A stretch of 55,953 nt of DNA from Fidelibacterota bacterium. Lineage in GTDB: Bacteria; Fidelibacterota; UBA2242. Position 1 is the first letter of the stretch, and the number at the start of each line of letters is the position of its first letter. The DNA lies in NCBI GenBank assembly GCA_011046365.1, contig DSAS01000187.1:1-55953 (forward strand), in the 5' to 3' direction. A program made the position numbers and the translations under genes. Positions 26,879-34,562 of this stretch are shown piece after piece. The notes under the pieces are model-generated. The model had not been told where the DNA came from and made no database searches. It was given only the letters and a program-made list of their open reading frames with translations.

Positions 26879-27832
26879 TTGAACATGCATCAAACCGCCA
26901 GAATCAATGTAATCCGGAATACTTTTAATGCCGCCGCAGAATTAAACCTGAGCCGCTCCTCTTATCGGCACAAGGTCTTCAGCCTCTTCGATGGCATGAT
27001 CGCCGAAGACGTTCAACACGGTGACGTTTCTCAATTGCCCAAGAGCGCCTATGCAGCAGTGCTGACGGCGAAAATTGTCGCCAAGTCACCGGCGGTACTC
27101 GCCGGACTGGATGAAGCGATCTGTTACCTATCCCGCCGGGAATTGGATGTCCGCTCGGACTATCAAAACAGTCAGCTGGTCAATCCCGGAGACATTCTCC
27201 TGGAAATTAACGGCAAAGCCGCAGAAATCCTGACGATAGAACGCAGTATCCTCAATATTCTGCAGCGCCTGAGTGGTATCGCCACAACCACGAAATTCTA
27301 CGTTGACAAAACAGCCGGGACTACTTCATTCATCGTCGGTACTCGAAAAACTCTCTGGGGTCTGATTGACAAGCGCGCCATTCAGTGCGGCGGCGGATTG
27401 ACGCATCGGCTGGGTCTGTATGACGCGGCAATGCTGAAGGAGAACCACCTGACAATATTACGAAATTCTAACAATCCCGCCGCATTGCACGATGCTGTCG
27501 CTGAGATTATCTCGACATATCCCTATCTGCGCTTTATTGAGATCGAAGTGGCTGATGCCGACAATTTTAGTCCCGTTCTGGAGTATCTCGAAAATATCAC
27601 GGCTCCTTTTCCCTTTGTTATTATGTTTGATCACTTTGAACCGGCTGAGATAAAAGTGCTGATCAGTACCGTCAAATCGAAACCGATCTACAATCATTTG
27701 CTGTTTGAAGCATCCGGCAATATTAACCTCGATACCGTCGAAGCCTATGCCGGGAGCGATGTGGATGTCATCTCAATCGGCGCGTTGACCCATTCGGTAA
27801 ACAGCGCCGATTTTAGTCTTCTTATTGAATAA
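26879..27832 (+). CDS. nadC: quinolinate phosphoribosyltransferase family (NadC-like, somewhat divergent)
   Basis: ERSILNILQRLSGIATTT, GTRKTLWGL, KRAIQCGGGLTHRLGLYDAAMLKENH, EASGNINL and SIGALTHS. Some family positions are unusual (WG instead of PG; MFDHF instead of LDN). Confidence 0.75.
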   Translation: MNMHQTARINVIRNTFNAAAELNLSRSSYRHKVFSLFDGMIAEDVQHGDVSQLPKSAYAAVLTAKIVAKSPAVLAGLDEAICYLSRRELDVRSDYQNSQLVNPGDILLEINGKAAEILTIERSILNILQRLSGIATTTKFYVDKTAGTTSFIVGTRKTLWGLIDKRAIQCGGGLTHRLGLYDAAMLKENHLTILRNSNNPAALHDAVAEIISTYPYLRFIEIEVADADNFSPVLEYLENITAPFPFVIMFDHFEPAEIKVLISTVKSKPIYNHLLFEASGNINLDTVEAYAGSDVDVISIGALTHSVNSADFSLLIE

Positions 27833-27834
27833 AA

Positions 27835-30051
27835 TTGAATGAACCAATGGAAAAAAGACCAATCTATTTAGATCACAATGCTAGCACTCCCCTTCTGCCG
27901 GAAGTTGTTCAGGCGATGATTCCCTACCTGCGGAATCACTACGGCAATCCCTCCAGCAGCCATTATTACGGACAAAGCGCCAAAAGTGCCATCGAAGACG
28001 CCCGCCAAAAAGTCGCCAGTCTGATCAATGCCAGACCTGAGGAAATAATTTTCACCAGTGGCGGCAGCGAATCCAATAATCTGGCTATCAAAGGCATCGC
28101 CGAACGCCGCGGCAAAGGGCACATTATCACCAGCGCAATTGAACATCCTGCCGTGCTGGAGGTCTGTCGCTTTCTCGAAAAAAAGGGGTTTTCCGTCAGC
28201 TATTTGCCCGTTGAGGTAACCGGTTTGGTGGATTTGGACGCCCTGAATAATGCCCTGCGGGATGAGCCATTTTTAATTACCATCATGCTGGCAAACAATG
28301 AAGTGGGGACGCTTCAACCAATTCGGCAAATCGCCCAAATCGCTCATCAGCATAATTGCCTCGTTCACACCGATGCCGCCCAGGCGGTGGGAAAAATCCA
28401 CGTGGATATCAGGGAGCTCGACATTGACCTACTCTCCATCGCCGGTCATAAAATGAACGCTCCCAAAGGCGTCGGCGCCCTCTATATCAAAACCGGCACC
28501 GGCATCAACCCCCTGATCCACGGCGCCGGTCATGAACAGGGACTAAGACCCGGCACCGAAAATGTGCTGGAAATTGTCGGGCTTGGCAAGGCGGCGGAAA
28601 TCTTTCAAAACGGGGAGACCGAGATAATCCGTGAACTGACCGTCCGGGGCAAGCAGTTCTGGCAATCGTTAAAAAACGCATTGCCCGCAGTCGAATTAAA
28701 CGGAACATTTGATCATAAATTGCCCAATACCGTGAATGTCTATTTCCCGGGAATTGATGCCAATACTTTACTGGACAATGTAACGGACATCGCCGCTTCC
28801 GCCGGAGCCGCCTGCCATGCAGACAGTGTCGAACCATCACATGTTCTAAAGGCAATGGGGTTTACCGACGAGCGAATTTTGGGTAGTATCCGTTTCTCCG
28901 TCGGACGCACAACTACCGCAGAGGATATTGACCGGGCAGTATCAAAAATAGCCGCAGCCTACCGCCGTTTAACCACCCACCGGCTTACCGGGGTAACATT
29001 CGAACCCACGGAAAAGATTAAGTTAACACAATATACCCACGGACTGGGTTGTGCCTGTAAAATCAGACCTAAGAATCTTGAAGCCATCCTCCGGAAATTT
29101 AAGCCAGCTGTTTCGGAATTTACGCAGGTAGGTTTCGAAACCGCCGATGATGCGGCGGTGTTTTGCGTCCGGGATGATCTGTCCATTGTCTCAACCGTAG
29201 ATTTCTTTACACCAATCGTTGACGACCCTTACGATTTCGGACGCATTGCCGCGGCAAATTCACTGAGCGATATTTACGCCATGGGCGCCAAACCATTGTT
29301 CGCCCTTAATATAGCCGCTTTTCCGGAAAGACGGCTACCGTTAACCGTGCTCGAACAGATAATCAGCGGTGCCTTACAGGTTGCTAAAATTGCTGGTATT
29401 CCGATTCTCGGTGGTCATACCATTGAAGACAACGAGCCGAAATTCGGGCTGGCAGTTACCGGCGTGGTCCACCCCGCAGAAGTTTGGCACAATACCGGCG
29501 CGCAGGCAGGCGATTGCTTAGTTCTGACCAAACCGATTGGTCTGGGCATTCTGTCCACCGCGCTTAAACGAAATCTGTTAAGCCGCAATACACAGGAATT
29601 AATCATTGCGATCATGAGCGAATTAAACGCCCAGGCTGCCGCAATCGCCCGGAAATATCCGATTCATGCCTGCACCGACGTAACCGGTTTCGGACTTCTG
29701 GGACACCTGTGGGAAATGTTACAAGACGGCACGGTCGCCGTCAAAATCCACGCCACCCGTATACCTGTTATCCCCGATACAGAGGAGATGGTTCGCCGCA
29801 ACGTCATCCCCGGCGGCACCGATGCCAATCTGGACTATCTGAAAGATAAAGTGGAATGGGCGAAAACAGTATCCAAAGTCACCCGGATCATTCTGGCAGA
29901 CGCCCAGACCTCAGGCGGTCTTTTATTCGCTCTGCCGGAACCTCAAGCCAACCAATTGGTAAAAGAGCTAAAAGAGAACCGTATCCCGGCGGCTACCGTC
30001 ATCGGAATTTTTGAAAAAAGTGACGTCCCGAAAATTTATGTTGTTGATTAA
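27835..30051 (+). CDS. selD: fusion protein: NifS-like class V desulfurase/selenocysteine-lyase domain + selenide,water dikinase (SelD)
   Basis: N-terminal 385 aa or so: AGHKMNAPKGVGALY (PLP-Lys) and SAGAACHADSVEPSHVL (Cys loop). C-terminal 345 aa or so: LTQYTHGLGCACKIRPKNL (Cys-type SelD active site at 29050-29061) and the AIR-synthase-like fold. The real start is probably the ATG at 27847 (MEKRPIYLDHNA). Confidence 0.88.
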   Translation: MNEPMEKRPIYLDHNASTPLLPEVVQAMIPYLRNHYGNPSSSHYYGQSAKSAIEDARQKVASLINARPEEIIFTSGGSESNNLAIKGIAERRGKGHIITSAIEHPAVLEVCRFLEKKGFSVSYLPVEVTGLVDLDALNNALRDEPFLITIMLANNEVGTLQPIRQIAQIAHQHNCLVHTDAAQAVGKIHVDIRELDIDLLSIAGHKMNAPKGVGALYIKTGTGINPLIHGAGHEQGLRPGTENVLEIVGLGKAAEIFQNGETEIIRELTVRGKQFWQSLKNALPAVELNGTFDHKLPNTVNVYFPGIDANTLLDNVTDIAASAGAACHADSVEPSHVLKAMGFTDERILGSIRFSVGRTTTAEDIDRAVSKIAAAYRRLTTHRLTGVTFEPTEKIKLTQYTHGLGCACKIRPKNLEAILRKFKPAVSEFTQVGFETADDAAVFCVRDDLSIVSTVDFFTPIVDDPYDFGRIAAANSLSDIYAMGAKPLFALNIAAFPERRLPLTVLEQIISGALQVAKIAGIPILGGHTIEDNEPKFGLAVTGVVHPAEVWHNTGAQAGDCLVLTKPIGLGILSTALKRNLLSRNTQELIIAIMSELNAQAAAIARKYPIHACTDVTGFGLLGHLWEMLQDGTVAVKIHATRIPVIPDTEEMVRRNVIPGGTDANLDYLKDKVEWAKTVSKVTRIILADAQTSGGLLFALPEPQANQLVKELKENRIPAATVIGIFEKSDVPKIYVVD

Positions 30052-30083
30052 CATGACATCCCTAACTTAGACCCTTAATCGTC

Positions 30084-31004
30084 ATGAAAAGTAGATTCCG
30101 CAAGCAGTATATCAAAATCGCCCGCAAGTTGACACTCGCCGATTTGCAAGCCGGAGCCGATGAGAACAATCTGTCCATGGATAATCTCGTCTACGACGGT
30201 CGGGTCGAGCAAAGCAGCAGTTTTTTCATGGGCATCTTCACGAGGCAGGGCTTGAAAAACGTGATTGATGCTTTCGGATTGACCGAGGCGCTGGCTCGGC
30301 TCGGACTGACCGATTTGCAGGTGGACATTGACACCTGTGATCCACACACCCATCGCCTCTATGTCTACACCGGAGAAGCCTGTGACAATAACAAAATCTG
30401 CGAAATGGTGGTGAAGAAGGGACCGCTCAATTTGCAACGTGATAATCTGCCCAAGTTTCCCAATCGTAATCCAAATCTGCTGCAAATCGAATGGCTTCTG
30501 TTGCAGAACCCCCGTAAATACTTCGACGAAATTCACCCCCAGCTGCCCGGTCAGCTGTATCCGGGACTGGGTATCGGCGACCGGATGCTGCAGATTCTGA
30601 TTATTATGACCAGGCGTCTCCGGCTCGAAGGCATGGCTAATAAACCGCGGTATTACCACACAGCCTTTATGTTTACCAAGGATTTTATTTTCACCAATCC
30701 TCACAACCAGGCAATTCTGTTTTCCATCAATCGCGATCTGCTGGGTAACTATAAATTTCACACCGTTGCCTGGGCGGCTCATTTCGACTGCATTATCAAT
30801 CATAAAACCGGGCAGCCGTTGATCTGGAATCCCGATTATCTGATTCTGCCGCTGGAAAAATATATGATCAAATATTTTCACTCAAAAGAATACCAGCGGG
30901 CAGTGGACAAAGAGATGAAAAATTACAAATTCATCATTGATCTGAATAAATTTCAAAAATGCATGCAGAAAAACAAAATCCCGATTTACGAAAGGCTGCT
31001 TTAA
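30084..31004 (+). CDS. conserved-looking protein of unknown function (306 aa)
   Basis: It fits the 32-nt and 18-nt gaps between same-strand neighbours. No family is recognised. LPGQLYPGLGIGDRMLQILIIMTRRL is reminiscent of GNAT motif A. A 268-aa antisense ORF is judged a shadow. Confidence 0.6.
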   Translation: MKSRFRKQYIKIARKLTLADLQAGADENNLSMDNLVYDGRVEQSSSFFMGIFTRQGLKNVIDAFGLTEALARLGLTDLQVDIDTCDPHTHRLYVYTGEACDNNKICEMVVKKGPLNLQRDNLPKFPNRNPNLLQIEWLLLQNPRKYFDEIHPQLPGQLYPGLGIGDRMLQILIIMTRRLRLEGMANKPRYYHTAFMFTKDFIFTNPHNQAILFSINRDLLGNYKFHTVAWAAHFDCIINHKTGQPLIWNPDYLILPLEKYMIKYFHSKEYQRAVDKEMKNYKFIIDLNKFQKCMQKNKIPIYERLL

Positions 31005-31022
31005 TCTTTTTACGACACCGGA

Positions 31023-31679
31023 ATGCTTTATCCACTACCGAAATCCCCCTATTGCGTCATCCTGGGAAATGGCGAATATCCCCCCATTTCCATCAGTAAA
31101 AATCTAATTGCCGGGGCAAATTTAACGGTCTGTTCTGATGGCGGTGCCAATTTCGCCTGGCATAACGAGCTGATACCCGACCTGATCATCGGTGATCTGG
31201 ACTCCATTCACGATCAAGCCCGCCAGCACTACACAGACCTGAAGGTTTCCATTACGGCGCTCAAATCCCAGGAACTAAACGATCTCGAAAAGAGTCTGAA
31301 TTATATCACTGACCGATACTCCTTTAATTCCTTTGTTTTACTCGGTTTTCTGGGGCTCAGAGAGGATCATAGCTACGCTACGCTGCAAATTGTGGAAAAA
31401 CAGACAAGCCCGGCTGTTTTTCAGGTCTATTCAAAAACCGCGGAATATCTCATCCTGCCACCCGGAGATTACGAATTTCATTTCCCGGTGAAGCACCGTC
31501 TTTCCGTTTTTGCCATGCCCGAAGCCGGCAATCTGACAACTACCGGTCTGAAGTGGAATTTAAGCGGGGCAACATTATCCCGCGGCTCCCGCGGTCTCAG
31601 CAATATCAGCATCAAATCCGCAGTGCATTTCTCATTTGATTCCGGAAAAATATTACTCATTCACCTGTTCCAATTCTGA
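31023..31679 (+). CDS. thiamine pyrophosphokinase (TPK) family protein
   Basis: LTVCSDGGAN...PDLIIGDLDS and GFLGLREDH match TPK motifs. The KDQTD acidic motif is altered (KSQELND). The stop overlaps the start of the next gene by 1 nt. Confidence 0.7.
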   Translation: MLYPLPKSPYCVILGNGEYPPISISKNLIAGANLTVCSDGGANFAWHNELIPDLIIGDLDSIHDQARQHYTDLKVSITALKSQELNDLEKSLNYITDRYSFNSFVLLGFLGLREDHSYATLQIVEKQTSPAVFQVYSKTAEYLILPPGDYEFHFPVKHRLSVFAMPEAGNLTTTGLKWNLSGATLSRGSRGLSNISIKSAVHFSFDSGKILLIHLFQF

Positions 31680-33085
31680 TGAATCCGATCACCATTGCCG
31701 CTGCCGATAAAATCCTGATTCTGGTATATCTGGCATTCATCCTGCTGATTGGACTCCTCTTTTCCAAACGGCAGCGCACCGACGATCTCAATTTTCTGCT
31801 TGCCGGACGCCGGCTTTCATTGCCGGCTTTCACCGCTACACTGGTCTCCACCTGGTATGGCGGGATTTTGGGCGTCGGTGAATTTACCTACCGGTACGGC
31901 TTACTGAACTGGGTCACTCAGGCGCTGCCCTATTACCTGTTTGCGACGATTTTTGCACTCTACATTGCACCAAAAATCCGCAAAACGGAGCTCTTCACGA
32001 TTCCCGACCAGTTTTACGATAATTACGGCAAGACGGCGGGATTAATCGGGAGTATTTTCATTTTTCTGCTGGTCTCTCCGGCGTCACATCTTTTGATGCT
32101 CAGTATCCTGTTCCGGGCGATATTTGGAATTCCCTTCTGGATTTCTGTCCTTGTCAGCGTCTGCTTTTCAACCCTGTATGTGTTCTTCGGCGGTTTTAAA
32201 TCAGTTGTCAGAACCGATTTATTTCAATTTATCCTGATGTTCAGCGGTTTCATTATTCTGGTAATCATTTTGTATCAAACCTTTGGCGGGTTAGAATTCT
32301 TACGTCAAAATCTCCCAAAAACACATCTGCAGCTGGACGGAGGACAGGGTCTGCAATATATCTTTGTCTGGTTTTTCATCGCCCTGTGGACTTTTGTGGA
32401 CCCCGGATTTTATCAACGCTGTTACGCCGTAAAGACACCCGGGATGGCGCGGAACGGGATTCTGCTGGCGATACTATTCTGGATTCTTTTTGATTTCCTT
32501 ACCACCACTGCCGGACTGTACGCGCGGGCAATCCATCATGATATTTCCGGTTTGATGGCTTTTCCCGCTTTGGGTGAACAGGTACTGCCGCCTTTCTTCT
32601 GCGGTCTCTTCTTCATTTCACTGATGGCTACAATTATGTCCACCTTGGACTCAAATTCTCTCCTGGCGGCGGTGACCTTCGGTCGGGATATTGTCTGGCG
32701 CAACCGCAAGCATGTCAATGTAACCACAGCCACTCAAATCGGGCTCGGCTTGACCCTGCTCTTTTCAATTCTCCTGCTGTCCTTTGTTCCGTCAGTTGTC
32801 AAAATCTGGTACCTGATGGGCTCGCTCATTATTCCGAGTCTTCTGCTACCCTTGCTGGCGGTCTTTTATAAGCGGCTGCAGATACCGCGCAAGGCTACCA
32901 TCGCTGCTATGCTGGCCGCCTTCTCTGCAGCATTCCTGTGGATGATAACAGGCATCCTGCGATCGTCGCTTTTTGACCCGCTCTTTCTGCTGAACATTCA
33001 ACCCTTTTTCATCGGACTTTCTGCTTCTCTGACAATTTACGGTTTGCAGCTGTCCAAAAAAATTATCCACCGGGTCTCATCGTAA
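31679..33085 (+). CDS. sodium:solute symporter (SSS) family transporter
   Basis: 468 aa with about 13 TM helices. N-terminal pattern LAGRRLSLPAFTATLVSTWYGGILGVGEF is typical of the SSS family. Its start codon shares an A with the TPK stop (TGATG). Confidence 0.85.
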   Translation: MNPITIAAADKILILVYLAFILLIGLLFSKRQRTDDLNFLLAGRRLSLPAFTATLVSTWYGGILGVGEFTYRYGLLNWVTQALPYYLFATIFALYIAPKIRKTELFTIPDQFYDNYGKTAGLIGSIFIFLLVSPASHLLMLSILFRAIFGIPFWISVLVSVCFSTLYVFFGGFKSVVRTDLFQFILMFSGFIILVIILYQTFGGLEFLRQNLPKTHLQLDGGQGLQYIFVWFFIALWTFVDPGFYQRCYAVKTPGMARNGILLAILFWILFDFLTTTAGLYARAIHHDISGLMAFPALGEQVLPPFFCGLFFISLMATIMSTLDSNSLLAAVTFGRDIVWRNRKHVNVTTATQIGLGLTLLFSILLLSFVPSVVKIWYLMGSLIIPSLLLPLLAVFYKRLQIPRKATIAAMLAAFSAAFLWMITGILRSSLFDPLFLLNIQPFFIGLSASLTIYGLQLSKKIIHRVSS

Positions 33086-33178
33086 TAAGCCGGATTATTT
33101 TTTTTATTTGAATGAATCATATTGATTTAGTGCTTGAATTTGGATAAATTTTTGCGCTTTTTGCAATTAAAGATCACG

Positions 33179-33252
33179 GGGCGATTAGCTCAGTTGGTCA
33201 GAGCGTCCCGTTCACATCGGGAAGGTCATCCGTTCAAATCGGATATCGCCCA
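33179..33252 (+). tRNA. tRNA-Val (anticodon CAC)
   Basis: The 74-nt cloverleaf was folded by hand. Acceptor GGGCGAT/ATCGCCC, D arm GCTC-AGTTGGTCA-GAGC, anticodon arm TCCCG-TTCACAT-CGGGA, T arm ATCCG-TTCAAAT-CGGAT, discriminator A. CCA is not encoded. Confidence 0.9.
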
Positions 33253-33309
33253 CAGAAAGGTAAGGTCTTGAAAGCGTCAAATAAATTAACCCACACATAT
33301 CAACATAGT

Positions 33310-33341
33310 AATTGCACCGTAACGGTGCAATTTTCATTTTT
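33310..33341 (+). terminator. rho-independent terminator after tRNA-Val
   Basis: A 10-bp stem AATTGCACCG / CGGTGCAATT with loop TAA, followed by TTTCATTTTT. Confidence 0.6.
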
Positions 33342-33361
33342 AATACCAGAACGGAGGTCGA

Positions 33362-34162
33362 ATGCTCAAAGAGTTGGAATATTTGATCAATTTACAGAAA
33401 ATTGATAACAAGTTAATTGAAATCAATCAACTAAAAGGGGATTTACCTCAGATCGTCAACAATTTGAAGAAAGCCATCTCTACGTTGGAGAAGGACCTGG
33501 AGTCCAATCGCGACCGCGAAAAGGAAATCATCCTGGAAACCAAAAGACTGGAGGGACAAATTGAGGATAATCAGGAGCATCTCCACCGCTACCAGGATCA
33601 GCTGTATCTGGTAACTTCAAACAAAGAATACGATGCTTTGACATCGGAGATTGACACGGTCCGGCAGAATATTGACGCTGCTGAGTATAAAATCCTGGAA
33701 CTAAGTGAGGAATTACAGACTTTAAAGGAATCAATCAAGAGCATTGAATTAACCTTGGTTGACAAACGCACCGATTTGAAACAGCGCGAAGAACAGTTGG
33801 AAAAAACCAGTAAAAAAACTGATGATGTACATGCTAAGCTGATGAGTCAACGGGAAAAGCTGGTCGAGAATATTCCACTGCGCTACATCCGTGAATATGA
33901 TCGAATTGCCAATGCCAAGGGTGGTCTGGCGATTGTTCCGATCCATCAGGTCTTTGAAGAGCACACCGATAAGAGGGGTAATGTTGAATACCATCCGGCA
34001 CAGGTATCCTGTGGCGGGTGTCATAAGATTGTACCGCCGCAGAAGATCGTTGAAATCCGATCCGGGACATCATTGATCCGCTGTGAATTTTGCGGACGGC
34101 TGTTATACTGGGATGACAAGACCAGTGAAATTAGAGCGGATAATGAGGAGGAACTATACTGA
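33362..34162 (+). CDS. COG1579-type coiled-coil protein with C-terminal C4 zinc ribbon
   Basis: N-terminus LINLQKIDNKLIEINQLKGDLPQ, a long coiled coil, NKEYDAL, and C-terminal CGGCHKIVP...CEFCGRLLY. Good SD (GGAGGtcga). Confidence 0.8.
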   Translation: MLKELEYLINLQKIDNKLIEINQLKGDLPQIVNNLKKAISTLEKDLESNRDREKEIILETKRLEGQIEDNQEHLHRYQDQLYLVTSNKEYDALTSEIDTVRQNIDAAEYKILELSEELQTLKESIKSIELTLVDKRTDLKQREEQLEKTSKKTDDVHAKLMSQREKLVENIPLRYIREYDRIANAKGGLAIVPIHQVFEEHTDKRGNVEYHPAQVSCGGCHKIVPPQKIVEIRSGTSLIRCEFCGRLLYWDDKTSEIRADNEEELY

Positions 34163-34549
34163 AGTTGGTCAGACAGTCGCCTCGATATACATCGGGGAGG
34201 AAAGTCCGAACTCCGCAGGGCAGGGTGCTCCGTAACACGGAGTCTACCGGTTATCCGGTAGCAGGAAAGTGCCACAGAAAAGATACCGTCCCGGCATTCG
34301 TCGGGGTAAGGGTGAAATGGTGCGGCCTGCAATTAAGCGGGCTTAATGTAAGAGCGCACCGTCCCGACTGCGAAGTCGGGAGCAGGGCAAACCCCACCCG
34401 GAGCAAGATCAAGCAGAGAATCGGGATAGCCCGTCCCGTTAAATTCTCGGGTAGATCGCTTAATTCCGGCTGTAAAGCCGCGAATAGATAAATGACTGTC
34501 GTCTCCGGCAGCTGCCAGGGAAACAGAATTCGGCTTATAGACCAACTTT
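34162..34549 (+). ncRNA. rnpB: RNase P RNA, bacterial type A
   Basis: P1 pairing AAGTTGGTC / GACCAACTT. Universal blocks GAGGAAAGTCCG, ACAGAAA, GGTGAAA, GTAAGAGCGCACC, GGCAAACCCCACC, AGCAAG and ACAGAATTCGGCTTATAG are present. Confidence 0.92.
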
Positions 34550-34562
34550 AGTCTTTTTTAGC

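Noticed and set aside
30075-30881. A 268-aa minus-strand ORF opposite the unknown 306-aa gene.
   Set aside because: Neither strand has a recognisable family. The plus-strand ORF fits the operon spacing exactly and has a normal protein-like composition. The minus ORF starts with GTG, has no SD, and is Q/G/I-rich with low-complexity stretches. I keep it only as a caveat.
31005-31022. A TPP riboswitch upstream of the TPK-like gene, and more generally riboswitches upstream of panD or the nadC-like gene.
   Set aside because: The gap is only 18 nt. No CTGAGA...ACCTGA-type TPP core or other riboswitch consensus is visible in the neighbouring leaders.
27835-33085. Selenoprotein genes (in-frame TGA with a downstream hairpin) or tRNA-Sec near selD.
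   Set aside because: All ORFs around selD are continuous with no same-frame split at a TGA. The only tRNA is a standard 74-nt tRNA-Val.
34021-34545. Three ORFs of 70-108 aa on both strands.
   Set aside because: They overlap the RNase P RNA gene, whose conserved blocks and P1 pairing explain the region.
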